From an uncultured Bacteroidota bacterium (GTDB lineage: Bacteria; Bacteroidota; Bacteroidia; Flavobacteriales; Flavobacteriaceae): a DNA stretch of 64,000 nucleotides. A program made the translations under genes and the position numbers. How positions within the stretch are numbered: position 1 is the stretch's first letter; each line of letters begins with the position of its first letter. The stretch spans positions 9,124 through 73,123 of the forward strand of contig CACASE010000005.1 in assembly GCA_902535165.1 (NCBI GenBank), read 5' to 3'. Positions 10,728-21,383 of this stretch are shown here, in pieces. A model generated the notes under the pieces. The model was not told the origin of the DNA. It saw only the letters and a list, made by a program, of their open reading frames with translations, and made no database searches.

Positions 10728-12073
10728 GTTATTTAAATTATAATAAATATTATTTTATTGGAATTGGAGGAATCGGAATGTCAGCTGTTGCTGAGTATAT
10801 TCATTCAATAGGAAAGAATGTTTCAGGATATGATAGAGATAATTCATTAATAACAAAAAGATTAACAAAATTAGGTATTGATATTTCACACAAAGACGGT
10901 ACAGAGATCATTGACTTTGACTTAGTCAATAATTCTAACACCTTAGTAGTTTATACCCCAGCAATAAGTAATAAGAACTGTATTTTAAATTATTTCAAAA
11001 AAAATAATTATAACGTTGTTAAAAGGTCTGATTTATTGGCTGAAATTGTTAATTCCAAATTTTGTATTGCAATAGCAGGAACCCATGGTAAGACTACTAC
11101 AACATCAATTTTAGCTCATATCATGTATAGTGCTGGATTAAATTTTACATCTTTTGTGGGAGGTGTTTTAAAAGATTATGAAACTAATATTATATTAAAT
11201 GGTGATGAAATTTTCGTTGTTGAAGCTGATGAATATGATAAAACATTTTTAAAACTACATCCTAATGTAGCATCAATTATGAATATTGATGGTGATCATT
11301 ATGACATATATTCTGATTTTAATGATTTGAAAAAATCATTTAAAAAATTTTCAGATAATCTTAAAAAAGACGGAATATTATTTCATGATTCCAATTTGGA
11401 TTTTAATGGGTTTTCTTTTGGATTGAATTCCAATTCTGATGCTCAATTAATCAACATAAAAAATGTCTCAGGAAAATTAAGTTTTGATATTAAAATAAAT
11501 GAAAAAATTTACAAGGATGTTATTTTTAATATGTTGGGGACTCATAATGCGCTGAACGCATTGGTTGCATTTATAATAGCATTAAATTTAAATATTAATA
11601 TTGATACCATATTAAAAGCATTAAAATCATTTCCAGGAATAAAAAGAAGGTTCTCACTCGAACTTATTAAACCCAAGGTATTTATTGATGATTATGCTCA
11701 CCATCCAAGTGAAATCTTATCAGTATATAATTCAATTAGTAAATTATATCCAGGTTTAAAAAACCTGGTAATTTTTCAACCTCACTTATTTTCCAGAACA
11801 AAAGATTTTTTAATTGATTTTGCCAAAGCTCTAGAGAAGTTTGATAAAATAGTATTGTTGGATATATATCCCGCTCGAGAGGAGCCGATTGACGGCATTA
11901 GCTCAAAATCAATTTATGATATAATTGAGAATGAAAACAAATCTATAATAAAAAAATCTGAAATTCCAGAATTACTAAAATCTGATAGTTCAGAACTAAT
12001 TGTAACAATGGGGGCAGGAGATATTGGTGATGAGGTAGAATTAATTAAAAAGACATTAGCTGAAAACTTATGA
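10724..12073 (+). CDS. murC: UDP-N-acetylmuramate--L-alanine ligase MurC
   Basis: GIGGIGMSA, P-loop AGTHGKTTTTS and DDYAHHPSE. Confidence 0.96.
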   Translation: MSYLNYNKYYFIGIGGIGMSAVAEYIHSIGKNVSGYDRDNSLITKRLTKLGIDISHKDGTEIIDFDLVNNSNTLVVYTPAISNKNCILNYFKKNNYNVVKRSDLLAEIVNSKFCIAIAGTHGKTTTTSILAHIMYSAGLNFTSFVGGVLKDYETNIILNGDEIFVVEADEYDKTFLKLHPNVASIMNIDGDHYDIYSDFNDLKKSFKKFSDNLKKDGILFHDSNLDFNGFSFGLNSNSDAQLINIKNVSGKLSFDIKINEKIYKDVIFNMLGTHNALNALVAFIIALNLNINIDTILKALKSFPGIKRRFSLELIKPKVFIDDYAHHPSEILSVYNSISKLYPGLKNLVIFQPHLFSRTKDFLIDFAKALEKFDKIVLLDIYPAREEPIDGISSKSIYDIIENENKSIIKKSEIPELLKSDSSELIVTMGAGDIGDEVELIKKTLAENL

Positions 12074-12777
12074 AAATGAAAATTTTAACAATATCATTTT
12101 TTTCAATTTTATTATTGTCATCAACGATTTTTTCAAACTACAAACATGGTAATAGATCAGTTTATATTAATGTAAATAGCATAGTTAATGATTCTCTCAC
12201 TTTAATTACTAAAGACTCTGTTTTTAATTTTTTAAAGAAAAAAAATGCAATTAAAGATTCTATGTTAATCCATGATGTTGACTTGAATAAAATTGAAAAT
12301 GAATTGAAAAATATTGATTATTTAAAAATGTCTAATGCATTTTATGGAATTAACTCGCCACTTGTAATCCACATCAGCGAAAGAAATCCTGTTATAGAAA
12401 TTAAAAATGATAATTTTTATTTAGATAATGAAGGTAAAATTGTTTCAAAGTCAAAAATAAATTCTCCTAAAGTAATAGCATTTTTTGGAAATTTAGATTC
12501 ACTAAATAATAAAAAAATTGCTAGACTCGGAAATACAATAATGAGTGATGATTTTTTCAAAAATCACTTTAATTATGTTTTTTCAGATTCTCTTGAAATT
12601 TATATCAAGCCAAAACTGTATGATTATGTAATAGAATTTGGTTTGTTAGATAATATTGAGTCTAAGTTAACAAACTACAAACTTTTTTACGCTGCAAAAT
12701 CTGAGTCAAACTCTATTAAAGAAGCAGAAAAAATAAATTTAAAATTTACTAACCAGGTAATTGTACAAAAAAAATAA
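12070..12777 (+). CDS. ftsQ: cell division protein FtsQ
   Basis: Single N-terminal TM segment followed by a POTRA-like periplasmic region. Slot between murC and ftsA. Confidence 0.75.
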   Translation: MKMKILTISFFSILLLSSTIFSNYKHGNRSVYINVNSIVNDSLTLITKDSVFNFLKKKNAIKDSMLIHDVDLNKIENELKNIDYLKMSNAFYGINSPLVIHISERNPVIEIKNDNFYLDNEGKIVSKSKINSPKVIAFFGNLDSLNNKKIARLGNTIMSDDFFKNHFNYVFSDSLEIYIKPKLYDYVIEFGLLDNIESKLTNYKLFYAAKSESNSIKEAEKINLKFTNQVIVQKK

Positions 12778-12778
12778 A

Positions 12779-14101
12779 ATGGAAAAAAAAGAATTATACA
12801 TTGGACTTGACATTGGAACTACAAAAATTGTTGCCATGATCGGTGTAATTAATGAATATGATAAGTTAAAGATTATTGGAGTTGGAAAATCAAAAAGTTT
12901 AGGGGTTCATAGGGGTGTTGTAAATAATATTAGTCAAACGATTCAATCTATACAATCTGCTATTAATGAAGCGGAAAATAATTCTAATGAAAAAATTGAT
13001 AAAGTTATTGTTGGTATAGCAGGTCAGCATATAAGAAGTCTACAACATAGCGATTATATAACAAGAGAGAACTCGGATGAGGTTATCGATATACAAGACA
13101 TTGAGAAGGTAATTAATCAGGTTTACAAGTTGGTAATGATGCCTGGAGAGGAAATTATACATGTTCTTCCACAAGAGTTTAAAATAGATGGTCAAAGTGA
13201 AATTAAGGAACCCGTTGGAATGTTTGGCGGAAGATTGGAAGCAAATTTTCATGTGGTTGTGGGTCAGGTTAGCTCCATAAAGAATATTGCTCGATGTGTA
13301 AAAAGCTCAGGAATTGATTTTGATGGAATTACACTGGAACCTTTAGCATCAGCTGACGCTGTTTTGAGTAGAGAGGAAAAAGAAGCTGGCGTAGCACTAA
13401 TTGATATTGGGGGAGGTACGACAGACCTAGCAATTTTTAAAGATGGTATAATAAGACACACGTCTGTAATTCCTTTTGGTGGTAATATTATTACGGATGA
13501 TATTAAAGAAGGTTGTTCAATAATTGAAAAGCAAGCAGAGTTATTAAAAATTAAATTTGGATCTGCATGGCCGGGTGAGAATAAAGACAATGAAATTGTT
13601 TCAATTCCAGGCCTTAGAGGAAGAGATCCAAAGGAAATTTCTTTAAAGAATCTTTCAAAAATAATTCATGCAAGAGTTGTTGAAATAATTGAGCAAGTCT
13701 ACATGGAAATAAAAAACTATGGACATGAAGATCAAAAGAAAAAATTGATTGCTGGAGTTGTTTTAACAGGAGGTGGGAGTCAATTAAAGCATTTAAAACA
13801 ACTTGTTGAGTATGTTACAGGAATGGATACAAGGATTGGTTTGCCAAATGAACATTTGGCTGGAAATAACTCAATAGAAATTTCAAATCCAACTTTTGCA
13901 ACGGCAGTTGGACTTGTTATGAATTCCATGGAAAAAAGAAAAAGTAAACCATTGGAATCAAATCTTGAAAACGATGAAATTGATAAAAATTATGAAAATG
14001 AAACTGAAGTTAGTTCAGATGGAACAAGTACTGATCCATCAAAGTCAATATTTGAAAAATTTACAGAAAAAATAAAAACCTTTTTAGAAAACGCAGAATA
14101 A
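12779..14101 (+). CDS. ftsA: cell division protein FtsA
   Basis: Actin-like ATPase motifs GLDIGTTKIV and DIGGGTTDLA. Start placed at MEKKELYIGLD, 1 nt after the ftsQ stop (the ORF track begins at 12761). Confidence 0.95.
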   Translation: MEKKELYIGLDIGTTKIVAMIGVINEYDKLKIIGVGKSKSLGVHRGVVNNISQTIQSIQSAINEAENNSNEKIDKVIVGIAGQHIRSLQHSDYITRENSDEVIDIQDIEKVINQVYKLVMMPGEEIIHVLPQEFKIDGQSEIKEPVGMFGGRLEANFHVVVGQVSSIKNIARCVKSSGIDFDGITLEPLASADAVLSREEKEAGVALIDIGGGTTDLAIFKDGIIRHTSVIPFGGNIITDDIKEGCSIIEKQAELLKIKFGSAWPGENKDNEIVSIPGLRGRDPKEISLKNLSKIIHARVVEIIEQVYMEIKNYGHEDQKKKLIAGVVLTGGGSQLKHLKQLVEYVTGMDTRIGLPNEHLAGNNSIEISNPTFATAVGLVMNSMEKRKSKPLESNLENDEIDKNYENETEVSSDGTSTDPSKSIFEKFTEKIKTFLENAE

Positions 14102-14108
14102 TACAATT

Positions 14109-15884
14109 ATGAATAAAGAAAATCAATTTGATAATATAGAATTTATACTTCCCAAGAACCAAAGTAATGTCATTAAAGTTATTGGAATTGGTGGTGGTGG
14201 TAGCAATGCAATTAATTATATGTACAATAAAGGCATAAAGGGTGTGGATTATGTAGTTTGCAATACAGATTCTCAAGCACTTGAAAATAGTCCTGTACCT
14301 AACAAGGTTCAATTAGGAATTAAAGAGACTGAGGGACTTGGTGCGGGTGCTGATCCTGTCGTTGGTGAAAAGGCTGCAATAGAAAGTTTAAATGAAATGC
14401 GGGGATTATTAGAAAAAAACACTAAAATGGTATTTATTACTGCTGGTATGGGAGGTGGAACCGGAACTGGCGCAGCTCCAATTATTTCAAAATTGGCTAT
14501 GGAAATGGATATTCTCACCGTTGGTATTGTAACAATGCCTTTTGTATTTGAGGGTAAAATTAGAATGAGTCATGCAAATAAAGGTTTAGAAAAATTGAGA
14601 AAAAATGTTGATTCATTAATAGTTGTAAATAATAATAAGTTAAGAGATATATATGGAAACTTAGGGGTAAAAGAAGGGTTTTCTAAGGCAGATGAAGTAT
14701 TAGCTACAGCAGCTAAAGGAATTGCTGAAGTTATAACGCATCACTACACTCAAAATATTGATCTAAAGGATGCCAAAACAGTTCTTTCAAAAAGTGGAAA
14801 TGCTATTATGGGATCATATAGTTCCTTAGGTGAAAAAAGAGCATTAAATGCAGTTTCAAATGCATTGGATTCGCCGTTACTGAATGACAATAGAATTGAT
14901 GGAGCACAAAATGTTTTATTGTTAATTGTATCGGGATCTAGTGAAGTTACAATTGATGAAATAGGTATTATTAATGATTACATTCAGGAAAAAGCTGGAA
15001 ATAATGCAAATATTATTATGGGTATTGGTGATGATCCAAATTTGGGTGAAGAAATAACTGTAACTGTTATTGCTACTGGATTCGATATGAAACAACAAGA
15101 TGAAATCTTGCATATTGAACCAAAGAAAACTATTTATAATTTGGATGATGAAACTGAAATTGTAGAGAATTTTAAAGAGGAGGAACCTACTGACCAATTT
15201 GAATTTTCAACTGATGAGATTGATTTTAAAAATATAGATTTTGATATTGATGAAATTCAAAATGATGATTTTGTTAAAACTAATGATGAAATTAAGAATA
15301 TTGATATTGAATTTGAATCAGTTTCAAATATCAATGAACTAGTTGATGAAAAAATAGATTTAATTGATAGTAGAATTTTAAATAATATTGAGGTTAATGA
15401 ACCAGAATTTGTAAAAATAAGTAAAGAATTAAAATTTGATTTTCCTCATTCTAAAAATATTGACAATGAGAGGGTTATTCATATTTTAGAAGAAGATATA
15501 AATGAAATTGAAGTTATTGATCCTGTCCAAATTATCCCATATACAGTTGTTAATGAAAAAAATTCCAAAGTTGTTGCTGATGATAGTATGAAAGATGAAA
15601 AATTAAATTCCAATAAAGAAATCAGCCCTTTGAACAGCCCTATTGTTGATGGTTTAGCAAAAAGAACAGAAGAGAGAAAAATTAAATTAAAAGAATTTAA
15701 TTATAAATTTGTAAAACAAAGAAAAGTAGAAGACATGGAAAACGAACCTGCCTACAAAAGAGCTGGTATTGATTTAGATGAGAGCTATGATAGTTCAGTT
15801 ACTTTATCCTCACTAGATGAAGATAATGATGGTAATTTAGATATAAACTCTAAAAATTCATTCCTACATGATAATGTAGATTAA
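14109..15884 (+). CDS. ftsZ: cell division protein FtsZ with long acidic C-terminal linker
   Basis: GIGGGGSNAINYM and tubulin signature GGGTGTGAAP. The core ends near TVIATGFD and is followed by an acidic low-complexity linker of about 250 aa and a terminal peptide ...SFLHDNVD. Confidence 0.97.
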   Translation: MNKENQFDNIEFILPKNQSNVIKVIGIGGGGSNAINYMYNKGIKGVDYVVCNTDSQALENSPVPNKVQLGIKETEGLGAGADPVVGEKAAIESLNEMRGLLEKNTKMVFITAGMGGGTGTGAAPIISKLAMEMDILTVGIVTMPFVFEGKIRMSHANKGLEKLRKNVDSLIVVNNNKLRDIYGNLGVKEGFSKADEVLATAAKGIAEVITHHYTQNIDLKDAKTVLSKSGNAIMGSYSSLGEKRALNAVSNALDSPLLNDNRIDGAQNVLLLIVSGSSEVTIDEIGIINDYIQEKAGNNANIIMGIGDDPNLGEEITVTVIATGFDMKQQDEILHIEPKKTIYNLDDETEIVENFKEEEPTDQFEFSTDEIDFKNIDFDIDEIQNDDFVKTNDEIKNIDIEFESVSNINELVDEKIDLIDSRILNNIEVNEPEFVKISKELKFDFPHSKNIDNERVIHILEEDINEIEVIDPVQIIPYTVVNEKNSKVVADDSMKDEKLNSNKEISPLNSPIVDGLAKRTEERKIKLKEFNYKFVKQRKVEDMENEPAYKRAGIDLDESYDSSVTLSSLDEDNDGNLDINSKNSFLHDNVD

Positions 15885-15887
15885 TTT

Positions 15888-16337
15888 ATGACACTATCTG
15901 AAAATATTGATAATAAAATAAAAGAAGCAATGAAAAATAAGGATTCTGTTTCACTAGAATCTTTAAGAGCTATAAAATCCTCTATTCTTATTTTCAATAC
16001 AAAAAAGGGTGGCTCAGGGGATCTTTCTAAAAATGATGAAATTCAAATCCTTAGCAAATTAGTTAAGCAAAGAAAAGAAAGTGCAGATATTTATTTATCT
16101 CAAAATAGACCTGAGTTAGCTAAAATTGAAACTGATCAGGCTGCTATAATTAAACAGTTTTTACCTGAACAGTTGACGGAGATTGAAATAGAAAAAATTG
16201 TAAGTGAAATTATAAGCAAAATAAATGCCTCAGGAATGAAAGATATGGGTAAAGTTATGGGTTTGGCAACAAAAGAACTTTCAGGTAAGGCTGATGGAAA
16301 AACAATTTCACAGATAGTCCGGAAAAATCTTTCATAA
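15888..16337 (+). CDS. GatB/YqeY domain-containing protein
   Basis: 149 aa. N-terminal L..I..D.K.AMK pattern, QRKESADIY and a C-terminal GMKDMGKVMG...L.GKADGK.IS..V pattern typical of the YqeY family. Confidence 0.85.
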   Translation: MTLSENIDNKIKEAMKNKDSVSLESLRAIKSSILIFNTKKGGSGDLSKNDEIQILSKLVKQRKESADIYLSQNRPELAKIETDQAAIIKQFLPEQLTEIEIEKIVSEIISKINASGMKDMGKVMGLATKELSGKADGKTISQIVRKNLS

Positions 16338-16346
16338 TACATTAAT

Positions 16347-16420
16347 GGCCAAGTAGTTCAACTGGATAGAACATCAGATTTCGGCTCTGAGGGTTGAGGG
16401 TTCGAATCCTTCCTTGGTCA
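16347..16420 (+). tRNA. tRNA-Arg (anticodon UCG)
   Basis: Hand-folded cloverleaf. Acceptor GGCCAAG/CTTGGTC (one G-U), D arm GTTC-AACTGGATA-GAAC with A20, anticodon arm TCAGA-TTTCGGC-TCTGA, variable loop GGGTT, T arm GAGGG-TTCGAAT-CCTTC, discriminator A. No CCA is encoded. Confidence 0.85.
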
Positions 16421-17791
16421 CTATTTTTTTATTTTCAAGTTACATTTATTGAAAAATCTTATTGAAAGTAAAATAGATGCTATTAACAAACCTATTAAAA
16501 AACCAATCCATACACCTGTGGCTTTAAGATCTGTATATAATCCAAGATAAATCATAATTGGGACACCAAAAACCACGTATGATAAAAAACAAATAACAGA
16601 GGGTATCTTTACATCTTGAATACCACGTAAGGCACCTTGAGCAACAATTTGTATTCCATCAAAGATTTGAAATAAAGCTACTATTATTAATAATTTAGAA
16701 GCAATGCTAACGGTCTCTAAAACATCAAAACTTTCGTTATTATCTAAATAAAGCCAGGGTAATAAGTCAGAGAAAATAATAAATACCATAGCAAATATAA
16801 TTTCAATTAGAATTGTAATTAAGAAGATTGATATTGCTATGCGCTTAAGGTTTATGTAATCACAAAGTCCTTTTTGATTTCCAATTCTTATTGTAGCAGC
16901 AACACTAAGGCCTAATGCAACCATAAATGTTAATGAAGATAAATTAAGTGCAATTTGATTTGCAGCTTGATGGTTTACGCCTATAATTCCACAAACCCAT
17001 ATACCTGAAATAAAAAATCCAACTTCAAACATCATTTGTAATGCAGATGGATAACCGAGATTCACAATTTTATTTATAATTTTTGAAGAATATTTTAGTT
17101 TAAATAGCTTATCAATGTATTGATTTATTTTTGGATTAGACTTAATAAGGTATATTATAATTAGAACCATAATAAATCTTGATATTAATGTCCCAATACC
17201 TGCACCAACTAACTCTAATCTAGGAAAACCAAATTTTCCATAGATTAAAATATAGTTTAAGACAACGTTAATGATATTAGCAATTACAGTAGAAATCATT
17301 GCAATTTTTGTAAAAGATAATCCATCAGAAAATTGTTTAAATGATTGAAAAATAATTAATGGAAACAAGGATATTGCTACTAACGTAATATAAGGGTATG
17401 CTAAAGTAACCACTATTTCAGGCTGACCCATATAATATATTATTGGTTTTGAAATTAAAACTAAAACAGTTAAAATAAACCCTAAAATTGAGCAAATAAT
17501 TATACCATTTGACAAAATGGATTTTGTTTTATTATTGTCTTTTAACGCGTCACTTTCTGCAATTAAAGGTGTGATTGCAGTTGAGAATCCAATACCAAAA
17601 GACATTGCTAAAAACACAAAACTATTTCCTAGTGATATTGCAGCTAATTCAGATGTTCCCAATTGACCAACCATAGCATTATCTACAAATCCCACTAGTG
17701 TGTGACCTATCATACCAATAATGACTGGATATGCTAGTTTTAGGTTATATGAAAATTCTTTAGTATAAGGTTTTAAAAAATTCAATATCAC
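16421..17791 (-). CDS. MATE family efflux transporter
   Basis: 456 aa with about 12 TM segments. N-terminal LAYPVIIGMIGHTLVGFVDNAMVGQLG pattern typical of NorM/DinF-type MATE proteins. Confidence 0.9.
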   Translation of the reverse strand: MILNFLKPYTKEFSYNLKLAYPVIIGMIGHTLVGFVDNAMVGQLGTSELAAISLGNSFVFLAMSFGIGFSTAITPLIAESDALKDNNKTKSILSNGIIICSILGFILTVLVLISKPIIYYMGQPEIVVTLAYPYITLVAISLFPLIIFQSFKQFSDGLSFTKIAMISTVIANIINVVLNYILIYGKFGFPRLELVGAGIGTLISRFIMVLIIIYLIKSNPKINQYIDKLFKLKYSSKIINKIVNLGYPSALQMMFEVGFFISGIWVCGIIGVNHQAANQIALNLSSLTFMVALGLSVAATIRIGNQKGLCDYINLKRIAISIFLITILIEIIFAMVFIIFSDLLPWLYLDNNESFDVLETVSIASKLLIIVALFQIFDGIQIVAQGALRGIQDVKIPSVICFLSYVVFGVPIMIYLGLYTDLKATGVWIGFLIGLLIASILLSIRFFNKCNLKIKK

Positions 17792-20253
17792 ATTTTATTT
17801 GATAAATAAATAGTATTCATCAATAATCTATTTGTCCCATACCAGAAAGCTCTAAAGTTAGTATTATCAGCAAATAAGAAAATTTTTCCAGAGAAATATC
17901 TTTTAATTTTGAATGGTACGCTCTTAATTAATAATTCTAAATTATCATTAGAAATATAACCACTAAGTAGTGCATTTTTTGAGTATTGAATAGGATTATT
18001 GAAACTATTTTTTTCAGGTTTCATAAAAATAGTATTGTTTTTAAAAGTTGGTAGATTATCATTTATAATACCAAAATTAATAGGATGGCTTTTATCAATT
18101 TTTGTATTGAAAATTGTACCTCCAATTACTTGTGATCCAGTAAATTTTCCTCTGTCTTCGAAGGAAATATTAGAAGCATATTTATCATTTTTAAGAAAAT
18201 CAATATTGATAATTTTATTTTCCTTAAGCCAATTAATTGAACTTCTGTATGCAATTAAATTACCTCCATTTTTTAAGTAGTTTTCAATTTTTTTAATGTC
18301 TATATTTTTTCCGGAATAACTTGGTAGAATAATATGAGAGTATTCTAATAGGTTTGCTCTATTCAAATTTCTTATATCAATTTTAGTTATTGGGATCTTA
18401 TATCTTGTATCAAAAAGATGCCAAATTTCTCCTGCATCATATGCTCTAACACCATTTCCAACTATTAATCCAACCTTTGGTTTTAAAATAGTTGTAAAAG
18501 AATTGGACCCAACACCTATATTATCCTCATATCCACTTGATAAAGCGTATACATCAATTCCTGTTTTATTAGAAATATTGGTCAAAAGATTAAAAAGTTT
18601 CTCAGGTTTTTGATATTGACCCTCCACGGGGATAAGGATACTCCCATAATCAAAAAAATTATTTTTTATTTTAAATGATTTACTACTTGATTTTAGTCTT
18701 ATTTTTTTTTCTTGTAAATAATTGATAAATGCTGGGATATTATAATCATGTGGTTTGATTAAATATCCGTAGGTTGAAAAATCACTAACTTTTCCAACTG
18801 GTTTTTCAAATAATTTATTTACATCAAAACTTTCTTTAAGAAAATCATAATTCAAATTAAATGCTAATGGAAAAGTCCACGCAGAAACATCATAAAACAG
18901 ACTATCCTCAAACTTTGTTTGCGTATCAAACATTGCTTTTATCAATTTTGATTTTTTTTGCTTAATGGGCACATAATATTTAAATTTTTGATCATTAGTC
19001 TCAAAAACGTCAATTTTATGAGCCTTAAGAATTTTTGCTAGTTGATAACTACTGGTTTTATCTTGATTATTTCCAAAACCAATTCCCATATATTTTGATT
19101 TAGCACTTTCATTAAAATTATTAACGTAAAAGGTATTCATATAAGCAAGAAGCTCATTTTTGAGCGAACTAGCAGCTTTTAGTGTTGATAATGTTGTAGT
19201 TAATTGATTTCTTATGGCAAAAGGAAACGTAAGAATACCATTTTGACTATTTTGTATATGTCCTCTGGAGCTACCTTGCTCAAATAATATACCAATGCCA
19301 CCATTTGCATCGGGATATGTTGATCCCTTACCAAAATAGAAATCGTCATAATCTTCTTTACTGTAATACAAGCTTCCAATTTTGTCTAAATAATCAGCGT
19401 GATATTTTGCAATTTTTTCTGTTAACTCTTGATTTAAATTAGGAATCAATGGATTTACTCTCGATGGAACACCAGGTTGAAAAAAGAATGTAGAATTTGT
19501 CCCCATTTCATGGTGGTCAGTAACTATATTTGGCAGCCATTCCGTAAATGTTTTTACTCTTGCTTGAGATTCCGGAAGTTGAACTGGGAGCCAGTCTCGA
19601 TTTAAATCAAACCAATAGTGATTTGTCCTGCCACCAGGCCAGACTTCACTAAACTCTCTGTCATTATTATCTGGATTTGGCACTAAGTTTTTATTTGAAT
19701 TAACCCAGTTAGCAAATCTTTGAAATCCATCTGGGTTCAAGCATGGGTCAAAAAGAATTACGGTATTATTTAAAATTTCATTAGTTTCTTCAGAGTTAGA
19801 TGCAGCTAAGTAGTATATTCCCAGAATGCTTGCGTTTGAGGCGCTGGCCTCATTTCCATGAACTCCATAACCTTGATAAACGACAGCTGGCATATTTTCA
19901 AACTCATTCATTTTTTTACCGTTTGAAATTTCAATATGTTTCTTTTGAATTTTTTCTAAAACTTTAATGTTTTTATTTGAAGACACCTTTAAAATAAGCA
20001 ATGGTCTATTTTCATATGTTTTGCCTGTTTCTTCAATTAACACCCTGTCAGATGATTCAGCAACGGCATACATATATTGCACTAATTTATCATGTGTTAC
20101 ATGCCACTCGCCAACTTCATGACCTATAATTTCAGAGGGTTTTGGTATACTTTCATCAAAATTTATATTATCTCCAAAATAATAGCTTAAATTAGTTTGA
20201 GAATTTAGGTTTATTGCATAAAATATTGCAATTACAAAAAATACATTTTTCAT
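17788..20253 (-). CDS. secreted M14 family zinc carboxypeptidase-like protein
   Basis: Signal peptide MKNVFFVIAIFYAINLNSQ. HxxE zinc motif (GVHGNEASASN), NPDGF, and a distal His region (TDHHEMGTNSTFFFQPG). Confidence 0.85.
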   Translation of the reverse strand: MKNVFFVIAIFYAINLNSQTNLSYYFGDNINFDESIPKPSEIIGHEVGEWHVTHDKLVQYMYAVAESSDRVLIEETGKTYENRPLLILKVSSNKNIKVLEKIQKKHIEISNGKKMNEFENMPAVVYQGYGVHGNEASASNASILGIYYLAASNSEETNEILNNTVILFDPCLNPDGFQRFANWVNSNKNLVPNPDNNDREFSEVWPGGRTNHYWFDLNRDWLPVQLPESQARVKTFTEWLPNIVTDHHEMGTNSTFFFQPGVPSRVNPLIPNLNQELTEKIAKYHADYLDKIGSLYYSKEDYDDFYFGKGSTYPDANGGIGILFEQGSSRGHIQNSQNGILTFPFAIRNQLTTTLSTLKAASSLKNELLAYMNTFYVNNFNESAKSKYMGIGFGNNQDKTSSYQLAKILKAHKIDVFETNDQKFKYYVPIKQKKSKLIKAMFDTQTKFEDSLFYDVSAWTFPLAFNLNYDFLKESFDVNKLFEKPVGKVSDFSTYGYLIKPHDYNIPAFINYLQEKKIRLKSSSKSFKIKNNFFDYGSILIPVEGQYQKPEKLFNLLTNISNKTGIDVYALSSGYEDNIGVGSNSFTTILKPKVGLIVGNGVRAYDAGEIWHLFDTRYKIPITKIDIRNLNRANLLEYSHIILPSYSGKNIDIKKIENYLKNGGNLIAYRSSINWLKENKIINIDFLKNDKYASNISFEDRGKFTGSQVIGGTIFNTKIDKSHPINFGIINDNLPTFKNNTIFMKPEKNSFNNPIQYSKNALLSGYISNDNLELLIKSVPFKIKRYFSGKIFLFADNTNFRAFWYGTNRLLMNTIYLSNKM

Positions 20254-21383
20254 TCTATATTTATTTTTTTATTGATTTTTAAGTTTGTTTTTGGAGCTAT
20301 TACGTAGTTCAAAATTTCAAAAGGAAGGTCTAAGGTTGTCAAAATATTTTTAGTTTTAATATAGACCTCTTTCTCAGATTTAGGAGCTAGATCTATGAAA
20401 TTAAAATCACTGTGAAAGGTAAATTCACCAAAATATTTTAGTTGTATAGGTGCTACGGAATGATTTATTAATTTTACTTTCAATAGTTTTTCAGCACTAA
20501 ACATTCCACCACTATTATAACCTTCACTAATCACACTTAGATTCTCACTAGCTACGACATAAAGATTTTCTTCTTTTCCAATAATCAAGTCATGGAACCA
20601 AATAAAAGTTTTACCCTGAAATAAAGCATCACTAGTTGCTTTTATTGTTCTATTCTCAGCTATTATAAAAGTTAAAGGCCTATGATAACTTTCTCTTTCA
20701 TTTTTAAAATCCCAATCGATAAGGACATGAACATCACTTGTGCCAATCATAGTAAGGTTATTTTCTAATGCAATCTGCATCGCTTCCTCAGAAAAAGTAA
20801 ACATATTTACAACTTCAATTCCATGTAAATATTTCTTTTTAATTATTTCTTTGTGAATTGGGTCAAGTCTTGCTATGCCATCACTTCTTTGTGCTTCCCA
20901 ATGAGGATGATTCCAAAAAACAAACGCATCTTGGTTATTAGCTTCTTTTATTGCATCCATAAATTCTTTAGGTTTTTTGTCTAAATCAAAAAATTTATTA
21001 ACGTCATTTACAAAAATTGCATTATAATGACCTGGTGGCATGCCCTTAGTAATTTCTGTTCCATGAACAACAGCCAAGGGTTGTTTCTGAACATATCCAG
21101 AAGCTATTTGAAATGATCTGTTTCTGTTTGGATGCGGTATATCAACTATATGAGATTGGTATTCAATGTGTTCAGTTAGTGATATTAAATCTATGCTATC
21201 ACGAATCGCTTCATCAACTCTTACAGTTGGCCAAACTAATCCATCAGAAAATACTGTATGTATGTGTAAATCTGAAGATATAAAAAATTTACCCTTAGGA
21301 CTCTTGAAAAATGTTTTAACTCCCTGAGAAAATATCAAATTAGAGAAAATAAAAAATATGATTATGTATTTTGAATTTTTCAT
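20250..21383 (-). CDS. secreted PHP-domain phosphoesterase (Sb-PDE-like)
   Basis: Signal peptide ending LIFSQ. PHP metal-binding motif SSDLHIHTVFSDG, then LTEHIEY and GTSDVH. 4-nt overlaps with both neighbours. Confidence 0.8.
   Translation of the reverse strand: MKNSKYIIIFFIFSNLIFSQGVKTFFKSPKGKFFISSDLHIHTVFSDGLVWPTVRVDEAIRDSIDLISLTEHIEYQSHIVDIPHPNRNRSFQIASGYVQKQPLAVVHGTEITKGMPPGHYNAIFVNDVNKFFDLDKKPKEFMDAIKEANNQDAFVFWNHPHWEAQRSDGIARLDPIHKEIIKKKYLHGIEVVNMFTFSEEAMQIALENNLTMIGTSDVHVLIDWDFKNERESYHRPLTFIIAENRTIKATSDALFQGKTFIWFHDLIIGKEENLYVVASENLSVISEGYNSGGMFSAEKLLKVKLINHSVAPIQLKYFGEFTFHSDFNFIDLAPKSEKEVYIKTKNILTTLDLPFEILNYVIAPKTNLKINKKINIE

Noticed and set aside
15090-15884. Unusually long, acidic, low-complexity C-terminal half of FtsZ as a possible fused domain or novel insertion.
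   Set aside because: Long disordered acidic linkers ending in a short conserved C-terminal peptide are typical of Bacteroidota FtsZ. There is no exact DNA tandem repeat and no second domain signature.
16347-16420. tRNA genes (16347-16420, 54421-54493) as integration hot-spots flanked by a genomic island or prophage remnant.
   Set aside because: There is no integrase, no direct repeat of the tRNA 3' end nearby, and no phage or mobile genes. The flanking genes are ordinary metabolic or envelope genes packed at normal density.
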